Positions 54,363-64,000 of a stretch of DNA of 64,000 bases are shown here, piece after piece (position 1 is the stretch's first letter; each line of letters starts with the position of its first letter). The notes under the pieces are model-generated. The model made no database searches, had not been told where the DNA came from, and saw nothing but the letters and a program-made list of their open reading frames with translations. Location: the IMG/VR virus record IMGVR_UViG_3300049198_000021, positions 64,001 to 128,000 of that record; one strand, given 5' to 3'. The translations under genes and the position numbers were made by a program. Source of the DNA: a virus (lineage: Duplodnaviria > Caudoviricetes).

Positions 54363-57300
54363 TGGGACAACTCGCGACCACCATCGTCGGCGGCGTCGTC
54401 GGCTTCGCGATCGGCGGGCCCTTCGGGGCTCAGGTCGGGATGATGCTTGGCGGCATGATCGGTGCCACGCTGTTTGGTCCGACCGTTCACGGCCCGCGTC
54501 TGAATGATCTCAAGGTCACAGCCTCGACCTACGGTGTTGCGATCCCTGAAATTTACGGGACCGTCCGGGTGGGTGGAAACATGATCTGGACCAGCGGCAT
54601 TAAGGAGACCAAGAAGTCTTCACGCCCCGGTAAAGGCGGCCCGAAGCAAACGACCTATTCCTACGACGCCACTTTTGCTATGGCGTTGTGTAAGGGAGAG
54701 GTCGAAGAAATTCTTCGCATCTGGGCCGATAGCAAAATCATCTACGATAAGACTGGTGGAACGACTCGGGCACCGGCCCCCGCCGGCAGCGACGGCGTTT
54801 TCCAAACCTTGTTCTTGGAAATTCTTACCACCAAGAAGAAGAAGAAGACAATCAATGTCAGGCTTTATCGAGGCGACGAAAACCAACTCCCGGACTCTCT
54901 GATCGAAGCAGATAAGGGAGTGGGGAACGTTTCGGCTCACCGTGGGCTTTCTTATGTTGTGTTCGAGCGGTTGCAGTTGGAGAACTTCGGTAACCGCATC
55001 CCTCAAATGACCTTCGAAGTCACCAAGGCCCGGACCCGTGGTCTGGCGGCCTTACCCGTGCGTGACCGTAGTGGGGTCATCGAGAACACAGCGAACCGAG
55101 ACTGGCTACCTGACTTCGCGTCGGGCCGGTTGCTCAGCTTTGATCGCAGTGGCGACGGCACCAAACTCTACAATATGGCGGACAACACGCTGATTGCAGA
55201 GGACGAGACCATGAATTTTGATCTGACCGATAAGTCCTACAGTCTTATCGAAGGTCAGAACGCCTTACTGGTTGCCAATTTCCCAGCCGGCGTCGGTTTT
55301 TCCTACTACAACACCGGTATTCTGACCAAGATCAACGAATACAACACGGCCAGCGGGACAACCAACATCTGGGACCCGGTGGCTAAGGAAATCACACTAG
55401 CTACAAACGGAAAGATCGGACACGGACGGTTTGTCTCGGGTGTTTCAGGCAGCGTGCATGTCGTCCATACCGATGTGACCGGCACAACCTTCTTGATGGA
55501 CAGTGAAGGGCGTCTCCTTAATGAGTTCGATGCCCCTTTCCAACCTGATGTTTTCCTAGAAGGACGACGCGACGCGTCAAACTCCCAGATCATCGGGTGG
55601 CGGTTTGCCAATGATCAACTCGAAATGTTCGAGGTCAAGACCGATTCGTCGGCGATCTATACGACGATCTTGGAAGCTGGCACTGAGACGTGGGTTCCCC
55701 AAACTGACTTCGCAGTGAGAAGCATCAACCTTAAACCATACCCGGCTGAGAAATTCCAACCACTGGCTCTGGTTTATGACCCAACAGACGACCATTTCTT
55801 CTGTCTTGGTGTTGATCCAGATAAATACAATGACATCGACTCCTTCGGTAACGGGGGCGGAGTCATCGTATTCAAATACTCCTTGGAGACCAATTCCTAC
55901 AAGTTCTTGGTGAAGCACGGCGGGACTCCCGTCCCTCGTGGTCTGACGCAAAACATGCGCGCCTCGCGTCTCGCTGGGGGCACGTTCGGGTGGATAGGTA
56001 AGCCAGCCGTCGGCGATCCAACGGTCAACCAAGTAAGCCTGCAAAATGGTAGTCTGGAAAACCTATTCGAAGCACAGGACGATTTCGGGTCTGGGCTCAC
56101 AGGAGTCGGGGATCAGTATTGGGACGACGAGACGGACAGCATCTTCGCTGATCGTATCGTGGCCGGTGTAACTAACAGCTATCGCCTGCGAGTCAGCGAT
56201 AGCATAGCACAGGTAACGGTTCCGGCGATCGTTGAGGACATCTGCGTCCGGAGCGGCATCTTGGCGCTGGAAGACATCGACATCACAGAGTTGGATGCGT
56301 CACCACTGGTGGGTTACTCCCTCGACCGAATGACAACTGCTCGGGATGCCTTGAAGCAGATGGCTACGGCGTTCCTCTTCGATGGCTATGAGAGCGATTA
56401 CAAGCTCAAGTTCCGCTCGCGTGGTGGTGACACGATCGTCAACATCCCGGAAGACTGGATGGCCCGTGAAGGGGAAGATGGTGTCATCAAAGAGACCATC
56501 ACGCAAGAGCTTGAGATGCCGGTCCGGATCAGCGTCAACTATTACGACATTGCCCGAGACCACCAGCAGAATAGCCAGACGGCGAAGCGCAAGGTTGCCC
56601 CCTATCCGACCATGTGGACGGCCAAGGAAGACCTCATCGACCTGCCCATCACATGGGACGCGGACTCGGCCAAGCAGTGTGCGGACAAGCTGCTCAAGAT
56701 GGCATGGGCAAACCGTGTCGGACACCAGTTCAACTTACCGTGGCGTTATCTGAAATACGATCCGACGGATGTCATCACCATCACGATGGAAAATGAGACG
56801 ACCTACAACCTGCGCCTCACCGAAGCGAACATTGGGTCCAACTTCTCGATCGAAGCACAGGCGGTTAGCGAAGTCGCGACCGCTTATGTCTCGACCGCGA
56901 CTGGTGCCCAAGCGCCGGCTCCCATCCAGACAGTTGAGGGTGATGGGACTGCCTTCCCGATCATCATGAATACGCCGTTGCTGCGTGATGTGGATTACGA
57001 CACCACCGGCTCTTCGATCTGCTATTTCTCGGCAGGGACCAACGAGATCAGCTTCAACGGAGCGGCGGTCTACATTGATGATGGTAGCGACTATCAGGCC
57101 GTGGGTGTCATCGATAACCAAACGACTACGGGATACGCTATTGATGCGCTCCCGAATACGAACAGCTACGAAGCCACTGACGAGACTACAGTCATTCGGG
57201 TGCGTTTGTCTGATCCAAGCATGGAGCTTGAATCGGTCACACAAGACGACATCCTGAACTTCGAAGCCAACTCGGCTTTGATCGGAAACGAGATCATCCA

Positions 57301-57964
57301 GTTCCGTGACGCAACCCTACTACCGACCGGTGAGTGGGCTCTGTCTGGTATTCTCCGCGCCCGGCGGGGCACGAACTATGCTGTGAAGGGACACCAACGA
57401 GGCGAGAACTTCCTGCTGGTCAACAGCCTCTCGACTGGTAAATTCTCCCGCCCGCCTGAGAGCTACGTCACTACCCGGTTGTTCAAGGCAGCCCCCCTGT
57501 CGGTCCCTCTGTCCGATGTGGTTCCGATTTCCGTGGACCTTATCCCGCGTGACCTTATGCCATACACCCCTGAGGCTGTTAAGGTGACCGACGACGCGAC
57601 TGATGTAGTCATAAGCGCCGAACGTCGTTCGCGTGTCACAGCGTCTCTCAGAGACGGTGTAAGCACCATTCACTACAAGGAAGGGGATATGCTCAGCGCC
57701 CGGATCGAGACCAAGGTCTGGTTCGGAAAAGGATTGGCCGATGTCAACTCCGTCGGCGCGGCTGACCTGACACTGACGAGCTACCTCTTTGACGCGGCTG
57801 GGGTGGACATTCCGGTGGAAGCTACATTCCCTGTCGCTTCCATGGGAGCAGAAGATACGGTCCTGATCCAACTCGCTGAGATTGGCGAAGTGACGGGAAC
57901 GCCCAAGTGGGTTCAAGCCACTCGCTACGGAACCGGACTGTGGGACCTTCTCGAATTGTATTGA
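54362..57964 (+). CDS. Tail tip / central fibre protein (GTA g15-like), copy 1
   Basis: GPRLNDL, YG..IP.IYG, AHRGL.YVVF..L.L..FGNRIP, LRARRGT. Confidence 0.88.
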   Translation: MGQLATTIVGGVVGFAIGGPFGAQVGMMLGGMIGATLFGPTVHGPRLNDLKVTASTYGVAIPEIYGTVRVGGNMIWTSGIKETKKSSRPGKGGPKQTTYSYDATFAMALCKGEVEEILRIWADSKIIYDKTGGTTRAPAPAGSDGVFQTLFLEILTTKKKKKTINVRLYRGDENQLPDSLIEADKGVGNVSAHRGLSYVVFERLQLENFGNRIPQMTFEVTKARTRGLAALPVRDRSGVIENTANRDWLPDFASGRLLSFDRSGDGTKLYNMADNTLIAEDETMNFDLTDKSYSLIEGQNALLVANFPAGVGFSYYNTGILTKINEYNTASGTTNIWDPVAKEITLATNGKIGHGRFVSGVSGSVHVVHTDVTGTTFLMDSEGRLLNEFDAPFQPDVFLEGRRDASNSQIIGWRFANDQLEMFEVKTDSSAIYTTILEAGTETWVPQTDFAVRSINLKPYPAEKFQPLALVYDPTDDHFFCLGVDPDKYNDIDSFGNGGGVIVFKYSLETNSYKFLVKHGGTPVPRGLTQNMRASRLAGGTFGWIGKPAVGDPTVNQVSLQNGSLENLFEAQDDFGSGLTGVGDQYWDDETDSIFADRIVAGVTNSYRLRVSDSIAQVTVPAIVEDICVRSGILALEDIDITELDASPLVGYSLDRMTTARDALKQMATAFLFDGYESDYKLKFRSRGGDTIVNIPEDWMAREGEDGVIKETITQELEMPVRISVNYYDIARDHQQNSQTAKRKVAPYPTMWTAKEDLIDLPITWDADSAKQCADKLLKMAWANRVGHQFNLPWRYLKYDPTDVITITMENETTYNLRLTEANIGSNFSIEAQAVSEVATAYVSTATGAQAPAPIQTVEGDGTAFPIIMNTPLLRDVDYDTTGSSICYFSAGTNEISFNGAAVYIDDGSDYQAVGVIDNQTTTGYAIDALPNTNSYEATDETTVIRVRLSDPSMELESVTQDDILNFEANSALIGNEIIQFRDATLLPTGEWALSGILRARRGTNYAVKGHQRGENFLLVNSLSTGKFSRPPESYVTTRLFKAAPLSVPLSDVVPISVDLIPRDLMPYTPEAVKVTDDATDVVISAERRSRVTASLRDGVSTIHYKEGDMLSARIETKVWFGKGLADVNSVGAADLTLTSYLFDAAGVDIPVEATFPVASMGAEDTVLIQLAEIGEVTGTPKWVQATRYGTGLWDLLELY

Positions 57965-57991
57965 CAACCACCGCCATTTTCCCTATACACT
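57961..57991 (+). promoter_or_regulatory. Promoter with CACCGCCATTTT in the spacer
   Basis: TTGACAACCACCGCCATTTTCCCTATACACT; near-identical to 61990-62020. Confidence 0.7.
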
Positions 57992-58011
57992 CTCCTCATT
58001 TAGGATAGCCG

Positions 58012-58413
58012 ATGCCCAACACACCGCTCCTCAATATCCCGCAGGTTTCAGGCTCCCAGAACAACAAAGAAATCACGATTAACGATGCCGTTCTCGCGTT
58101 GGAAAACGCGATGAGCGCGAACCTCGTGGTTTCCTTGGCGAGCAGCAGCGACGTTACGCTGACCCAAACCCAAGCTACCCGTAACTTCATCTACACCGCC
58201 ACTGGCGCAACAGTGGCAAGCATTCTGCGCTTCCCGAACACAATCGGTGCGGTCAACTTCAATCGGGTCATCTGTGTCCGCAACACCAGTGGAGCCCTGC
58301 TGACTGTGCAATTCGCAACCGGTGCCGGAGCCTCTGTCGAAATCCCAGACGGACAGGCTCGATTGATTCTGGCTATCAACGGGCTGGACATGATTGCGGT
58401 TTCCGCTCCTTAA
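58012..58413 (+). CDS. Stand-alone tail-fibre N-terminal (anchor) domain protein
   Basis: TP.L.I.QVS.SQN.KE.TINDA...LENA; paralogous to the N-terminus of the 62043 gene. Confidence 0.8.
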   Translation: MPNTPLLNIPQVSGSQNNKEITINDAVLALENAMSANLVVSLASSSDVTLTQTQATRNFIYTATGATVASILRFPNTIGAVNFNRVICVRNTSGALLTVQFATGAGASVEIPDGQARLILAINGLDMIAVSAP

Positions 58414-58432
58414 TATCAGATAGTCAAAACTC

Positions 58433-61400
58433 ATGGGTCAACTTGTTACCACCATCGTCGGCGGCGTCATCGGCTTCCTTATCGGGGGACCGATGGGTGC
58501 GTCTATTGGTATGGCGCTGGGTGGAATGGTTGGTGCTACGCTGTTTGGTCCTACGATCAAGGGCCCGCGTCTCAATGACCTCAAGGTTTCTTCCTCGACC
58601 TACGGGATTGCGATCCCTGAAATCTACGGCACTGTCCGTCTCAGCACGAACCTGATCTGGACAACCGGGATCAAGGAAACCAAGAAGACGCGCCGCGCCG
58701 GCAAGGGCGGTCCCAAGGTCGAGACTTATTCCTACGATGCATCGTTTGCTTTGGGCCTTTGCAAGGGCCCGATCCGTGAGATTCTTCGCATCTGGGCGGA
58801 CAGTAAACTAATTTACGATGTCAGCAACAACGGAACCCGTAACCCGCTGAACGCGGGTCAATCCGGTATTCTGGCCCCGGTCCTGCTGTCGTTCAGAACG
58901 GGAGGAACCAAGAAAAAGCGGGTAAACCTGCGTATCTATCTGGGGAACGAGGAGCAGCTACCGGATTCGCTTATTGAAGCAGATAAGGGCGTCGGGAATG
59001 TCTCGGCTCACCGGGGCTTGGCCTATGTGGTATTCGAACGCCTCCAGCTTGAAGACTTCGGGAATCGCATCCCTCAGTTCACCATGGAAGTTACCAAAGC
59101 ACCGGCCGAAGCCTTCCCCTCGGTGGAGCAAAAAGAAGGACCGGCAGGCACTGTTGCACAACCGGATGCTAGAAACTGGTTCCCTGATTGGGAAAACGGC
59201 AAGGTTTACTCCAGCATTATTTCTAACGACGCGGAGGATGCTTACACGGAAGTGTTCGACCTCAATACTATGCAGAACATGCAGCGTTGGGATCGATCGA
59301 ATATGTGGTTCACTGGTCGATATGGTTTCGCGCCATGGGCTGGTATATTTATGCAAGACGATGGCGGGGGTAACTCCAGACCACTAGGGGTCTACAGTCT
59401 CAGCACTGGGGCTCGTATCGGCTTGTATGGTCAAAGTTCGCGCTCCCTGTCAGGTTACTATGTAGAATCGGGCCCTGCCCGAGGTGCTTTGGCTGTGGCG
59501 GCCAATTTTGGTAACCAAGCCACAGTGACACTGGATGGCAAGTATATCATGCTGGCCGGCTGGACCCGAGATAATTGGATTCTGACCAGAGGCGGAACAC
59601 CGGTCGGATGGTATGAAGGCGCTTGGTCGCCTTTCCACCTGATGCCCGCTCTTGGGTCGGTGTGGGGATGGCGTAGCGGCAACAGCGGGTTGCAGATTGC
59701 GGACTTCATCAGCGGCGGAATAGGACAATACTCGCTTGCTCCGCCCGACTCAAACGGAAACGTCTTTTGGAGACAGGGCGGTAGCCTTGCCTTCGACACC
59801 ACTCTGCGCCCACTACCCGGTGAGACTTATGTTCCATCGATATGCCTGTTCGATCCCTCGGACGGTCATTTCTTTAGTATTGGGCGATCGAACAACGGCT
59901 CCAGATCAATCCCGGTGGCTTTCAAATACAGCCCAATAACTGGGCTGTATAAATTCATCAATGCCGATCCAGAAATTCTGGTTCCAAATGGACCCATGCA
60001 ATGGTCGCGCCTAAACGGAGGGACTTTCGGTTATATTGCCGACTCCTTAAATCGAAACGTCAAAGTAAACTTACAGCAAATCAACTTACAGAACGGGGAA
60101 ATCGTAAGAGATTCGCGCTACGGAAGCACTTGGGGTGGCCCTATCTATGTAAGAGCGGACCAGCACTGGGATGATGTGAGTTCCAGTATTATTACAACCA
60201 CCAAAGATACCTTCCGTCGCATCTGGTTCAACAGCAACGCTAAGGCAGTTCGTCTGTCTGATGTTGTGCGCGATATTGCTACAAAATCCAATGTCCTGAC
60301 TGTCGATGAACTCGATACCACGAATTTATTCGATCAAGAGATTATTGGTTTCTCTATCGATAGGCAGTCGTCTGCGATGGATGCACTAAAGCTCCTAGCA
60401 ACCGGATATATGTTTGACGCCTACGAGAGCGATTACAAGCTCAAGTTCCGGACGCGTGGGCGAGATTCGGAGGTGGTAATCCCGCAAGACTGGATCGCCC
60501 GGTCTTCCGATGAGTTTATCAAAGAGAACATTGTCCAAGAGCTTGAGATGCCTCTCAAGGTCACGGTGAACTACTATGACACAGCGCGTGATCACCAGCA
60601 AGGCTCGCAGTCGTCGCGCCGCAACGCCGGGCCTTTCCCGACCATGTGGACGGCCAAGGAAGATATTATCGATCTCCCGTTGGTCTGGACACCGGACATG
60701 GCTAAGCAATCAGCAGACAAGCTGCTCAAGATGGCGTGGGCAAATCGTGTCGGCCTGCAATTCACTCTACCTTGGCGCTACCTGAAATACGAACCGTCGG
60801 ACATTATCACGCTCACCACTGATACAGCGACCTATTTCACGCGCCTAACTGAGACCACGATCGGGCAAGATTTCTCGATCGAGGCTTCCGGGGTGACTGA
60901 TAAAGCCAGTGCCTATGTATCGACCAAGGTCGGTAGTCGAGTGGATTCGCCGGAGCAGATTATCGAAGAAGGCTACCCAGCTTTCCCGATCGTGATCAAC
61001 ACCCCGTTGTTACGCGATGAAGACTATGACACCAGCGGAGCCTCTATTTGTTTCGTATCCGCCGGCACGAATGCCTTCACGTTCAGTGGAGCAGCTATCT
61101 ATGTTTACGACGGAATTGAAGACCAACGGATCGGCTTTATTGGTGCTGACACCGTGCGTGGAAGAGTTATCAACGAACTTCCATATACGACCGCATACGA
61201 ATCTACCGACGAAACCACTGTGCTAAAAGTTGTCCTGAACAACCCCAACGACGAGCTTGAGTCAGTGACCCAACTCGATATGCTTAACTTCGACATGAAC
61301 GCAGCTTTGGTGGGTGAGGAAGTTATCCAATTCCGGGATGCTGTGCAGCAACCCGACGGTGAGTGGTGGCTGACTGGTCTCCGCCGGGCCCGGCGCGGAA

Positions 61401-61993
61401 CCAACTATGCGTTACGGAACCACCAGCCGAACGAACTCTTCCTGCTGCTGGAACCTGAGGCGGTTACATCGTTCCCACGCCCGCCTGAGGCTTATGTGAC
61501 AACAACCGAGTTCTTGGCGGTCACACCGGGGCAGTTAATCACAGATGCAATCCCGGTTCTGGCGTCGCTCCAGCCCCGCGATCTCATGCCTTACACCCCT
61601 GAGGACATCAAGATCGACGACGACGGATCGGATGTGACCATTACGGTCCAGCGCCGATCGCGTATCATCGCCCCACTCCGTGACGGAATCAGTAACATCC
61701 ACTTCAAGGAAGGCGCGAAACAGACATCCAAGATCGCATGTCAGATTTGGCCGGGACGTGGCTTTGAGGTGGTAGATACAGCGCTACCGCCAACCTTGGT
61801 TGAGAATGTTTCGATCTTCGATGCTAATGGACAGGACCTACCATTAGAGATCATCTTCCCGCTTTCTACCTTAGGCGCATCAACCGTCTTCCTAGCCCGG
61901 ATCACAGAGCAGGGCGTGGTCGATGGTATTGCCAAGTGGATCAAGTTTGAACGGGTGGGCGCGGGACGTTGGAACCAGACCGAATTTTATTGA
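58433..61993 (+). CDS. Tail tip / central fibre protein (GTA g15-like), copy 2
   Basis: N- and C-terminal parts similar to 54362..57964; middle divergent. Confidence 0.88.
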   Translation: MGQLVTTIVGGVIGFLIGGPMGASIGMALGGMVGATLFGPTIKGPRLNDLKVSSSTYGIAIPEIYGTVRLSTNLIWTTGIKETKKTRRAGKGGPKVETYSYDASFALGLCKGPIREILRIWADSKLIYDVSNNGTRNPLNAGQSGILAPVLLSFRTGGTKKKRVNLRIYLGNEEQLPDSLIEADKGVGNVSAHRGLAYVVFERLQLEDFGNRIPQFTMEVTKAPAEAFPSVEQKEGPAGTVAQPDARNWFPDWENGKVYSSIISNDAEDAYTEVFDLNTMQNMQRWDRSNMWFTGRYGFAPWAGIFMQDDGGGNSRPLGVYSLSTGARIGLYGQSSRSLSGYYVESGPARGALAVAANFGNQATVTLDGKYIMLAGWTRDNWILTRGGTPVGWYEGAWSPFHLMPALGSVWGWRSGNSGLQIADFISGGIGQYSLAPPDSNGNVFWRQGGSLAFDTTLRPLPGETYVPSICLFDPSDGHFFSIGRSNNGSRSIPVAFKYSPITGLYKFINADPEILVPNGPMQWSRLNGGTFGYIADSLNRNVKVNLQQINLQNGEIVRDSRYGSTWGGPIYVRADQHWDDVSSSIITTTKDTFRRIWFNSNAKAVRLSDVVRDIATKSNVLTVDELDTTNLFDQEIIGFSIDRQSSAMDALKLLATGYMFDAYESDYKLKFRTRGRDSEVVIPQDWIARSSDEFIKENIVQELEMPLKVTVNYYDTARDHQQGSQSSRRNAGPFPTMWTAKEDIIDLPLVWTPDMAKQSADKLLKMAWANRVGLQFTLPWRYLKYEPSDIITLTTDTATYFTRLTETTIGQDFSIEASGVTDKASAYVSTKVGSRVDSPEQIIEEGYPAFPIVINTPLLRDEDYDTSGASICFVSAGTNAFTFSGAAIYVYDGIEDQRIGFIGADTVRGRVINELPYTTAYESTDETTVLKVVLNNPNDELESVTQLDMLNFDMNAALVGEEVIQFRDAVQQPDGEWWLTGLRRARRGTNYALRNHQPNELFLLLEPEAVTSFPRPPEAYVTTTEFLAVTPGQLITDAIPVLASLQPRDLMPYTPEDIKIDDDGSDVTITVQRRSRIIAPLRDGISNIHFKEGAKQTSKIACQIWPGRGFEVVDTALPPTLVENVSIFDANGQDLPLEIIFPLSTLGASTVFLARITEQGVVDGIAKWIKFERVGAGRWNQTEFY

Positions 61994-62020
61994 CAACCAC
62001 TGCCATTTTAGCTATACACT
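61990..62020 (+). promoter_or_regulatory. Promoter with CACTGCCATTTT in the spacer
   Basis: TTGACAACCACTGCCATTTTAGCTATACACT. Confidence 0.7.
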
Positions 62021-62042
62021 GGCACCCGCATAGAGAGACTTA

Positions 62043-64000
62043 ATGCCAACCACCCCCATCCTCGGTATCACGCAGGTCTCGACTTCCCAAAACGGAAAAG
62101 AGACCACGATCAACGACGCCATCGTGGCGTTGGAAAACGCGACCAACGCAAAGTTGGCCGTGTCGATGGCGGCTGGTAACGTCACGCTCAGCGTCCCGGA
62201 AGCAACACGTAACTTCATTTTCACTGCTGCGGGCGCGACGGCGGCTCGCGAACTGATCTTCCCGACCGAAGTAAACGGGAACCCCTACGACCGAGTCATC
62301 GTGGTTCGCAACCTGAGTGGACACGGGCTGACGGTTCGGTTTGCTTCCGGCGGCGGTGATACAGTCACGATCCCCAATGGTGAATCGCGCTTGATCAGCG
62401 CCGCCGACGGCCTTGACATGAGCGTCGCGGCTGAGCCTCCGAGCGTCATCACGTTCCTGTCGTTGACAGATGCACCAGAGACCTACACCGGCCAGACCGG
62501 AAAGTTCCTGTCGGTCAACGACACCGAGACTGCACTGGAGTTCACAGATGCGGCGGTGTTCCCGACTCTTGTCGGTAACGCAAACCGATTCTTGCGGGTT
62601 AACGCAGGGGCAACCGGTGTTGAGTGGGCCGTCGTCGATTTCGCAGGCACCTTCACCGAACTGACTGATACCCCAGCGAGCTATGCTGGTCAGGGTGGAA
62701 AACTGGTTAGGGTTAATGACCTCGCAACCGGTCTGGAGTTTGTTGATGCAACCGATGCGGAAGCGGTAAACTTCCAACTCGCCAGCCGCTGGCGTCTGCT
62801 CTTGCTTGAGCCGGGTATCTGGCCTGAAAACCCTCCGGGTGTTGGGCCGGGCGATCCTGAGTTCATCGAGCAGACCGATCAGGTAGGTTTCGGAGAGATT
62901 GAGTTTCTGGACCAAGACGACGTTGATCTGACCGGCGGCGGGACTGCATCAGCTTCCAACTTCTTGACCGGCAACGAACCGAGTCGGGCATTCAACAACC
63001 TCACCACACCTGCGGACGGGTGGCTGACGGAAGAAACCTTTGTCGGCGCGGTCTGGATCGAATATGACTTCGGGGCTCCGGTATCCCCGCGTCGCGTGCG
63101 GCTGTCTTCGATCAACACGTTCCCACAATATGGGCCTTCTCGTTTCCTGATTCAGTATTGGGACGGAAGCGCTTGGATCAGCTTGGGCGACCGCTCACCA
63201 GCGCCTTGGGCAACGACCACAACGCAGACTTTCAAGATCAACGGCATCCCGCTCGATGTTCTTGAAGAAGCACCTGCGAATGGTTCGCTGTATGGGCGTA
63301 AAGATGGGGAGTGGTTCAAGATCAACTCGGAAGTCGTGTCGGACAACACGACTACCAGTAATCTGGATGCGACCCAGACTTTCCAATACCGTCGTTACAT
63401 CAACGCAGGCACCAAAATCCTCAACATCCGGGCCAACGTCGATCACCCGATGCCGGCCGATGGTGAGTGGTATATCTACAATGCCAACGGAGCCGCACTG
63501 ACTATCACACCCGCTGTGGGTGTGACTGTCAATGCACCGGCCGAAGGATCGCTGATTGTCCCGCTAAACGGAACGGTGCGGATCAAGCGGATCGCCGTGG
63601 ATGTTTACGATGTGTTCGGCGACACCGTATCGTCGGGAGCAATTGGTGGTGAGGAAATCCCCAGCATCATTGGGAATGCCTCCAAAATCCTTGCCGTAAA
63701 GTCGGACGCGAGCGGACTGGAGTGGATCGCACAAGCAGTCCCATACTCCGATGAGAACGCCCGCGACGCGATCGCCGCCGCGCTGGTGGCCGGCACCAAC
63801 GTTACGATCACCAACAACGACGCTGCCAACACGATCACGATCTCGGCTGCCTCGATCGGCCTAAACGCTGAGGAAGTCCGAGACACTATCGGAGCAGCCC
63901 TTCGCGCCGGGACGAATATGTCTTGGTCGATCAACGACACCGGCGACACGATCACGGTCTCTACCAGTGCCTTGGATGCCGAAGGTGTCCGGGACACAAT
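62043..64000 (+). CDS. Tail fibre protein, 3' end outside the window
   Basis: Manual translation of segments: MPTTPILGITQVSTSQNGKETTINDA...; LTD.P..Y.GQ.GK...VN...LEF repeats; discoidin-like WIEYDFG segment; RD.I.AAL.AGTN repeats. Confidence 0.85.
   Translation, partial: MPTTPILGITQVSTSQNGKETTINDAIVALENATNAKLAVSMAAGNVTLSVPEATRNFIFTAAGATAARELIFPTEVNGNPYDRVIVVRNLSGHGLTVRFASGGGDTVTIPNGESRLISAADGLDMSVAAEPPSVITFLSLTDAPETYTGQTGKFLSVNDTETALEFTDAAVFPTLVGNANRFLRVNAGATGVEWAVVDFAGTFTELTDTPASYAGQGGKLVRVNDLATGLEFVDATDAEAVNFQLASRWRLLLLEPGIWPENPPGVGPGDPEFIEQTDQVGFGEIEFLDQDDVDLTGGGTASASNFLTGNEPSRAFNNLTTPADGWLTEETFVGAVWIEYDFGAPVSPRRVRLSSINTFPQYGPSRFLIQYWDGSAWISLGDRSPAPWATTTTQTFKINGIPLDVLEEAPANGSLYGRKDGEWFKINSEVVSDNTTTSNLDATQTFQYRRYINAGTKILNIRANVDHPMPADGEWYIYNANGAALTITPAVGVTVNAPAEGSLIVPLNGTVRIKRIAVDVYDVFGDTVSSGAIGGEEIPSIIGNASKILAVKSDASGLEWIAQAVPYSDENARDAIAAALVAGTNVTITNNDAANTITISAASIGLNAEEVRDTIGAALRAGTNMSWSINDTGDTITVSTSALDAEGVRDT

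Noticed and set aside
40706-62915. Long minus-strand ORFs (e.g. 40706..41728, 44720..45982, 48544..49824, 62040..62915)
   Set aside because: Antisense shadows of GC-rich structural genes with no recognisable motifs.
1-64000. Gene transfer agent or integrated prophage; tRNA genes
   Set aside because: GTA-like tail-tip genes are present but sit in a large phage gene set with a 1590-aa tape measure; no integrase, att site or host genes seen; no cloverleaf recognised by eye (tRNAscan not run).

Overview
This window is part of a large lytic siphovirus genome of an alphaproteobacterial host, with a phiCbK-like layout (inferred from gene content). It has three parts. (1) 1-6.5 kb: hypothetical genes, a RuvC-like resolvase and terminase small/large subunits. 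(2) About 6.5-31.9 kb: a repeat-bounded block, probably the long terminal repeat/early region. It holds an array of about 42 standardised one- or two-gene expression cassettes (about 60 small ORFs, all + strand). Each cassette is terminator hairpin, then GGTAAC-N5-GTTAA(GG/CC)TTAAC...TTAACCAT, then AAAGTGGAAAAAGTGC-TTGACC-GAATC-N12-TAGA(A/C)N-CGAATCA, then the RBS ACGGAGACAGACC-ATG. The promoters carry motifs matching host cell-cycle regulators (CtrA half and full sites, paired GANTC/GcrA-type CGAATCA sites). One cassette encodes a clear homologue of the CtrA inhibitor SciP; others encode an ArfA-like peptide, a HicA-like protein and three copies of a micro-lipoprotein overlapping its terminator. 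(3) 31.9-64 kb: PhoH, a CarF/TMEM189-like desaturase, head decoration genes, a candidate 360-nt structured ncRNA, portal, scaffold, capsid, neck, tail tube, a frameshifted tail chaperone, tape measure, a GTA-type tail tip and a tandemly duplicated tail-tip/fibre module. All family assignments are from motif recognition by eye; no searches were run and counts are manual.
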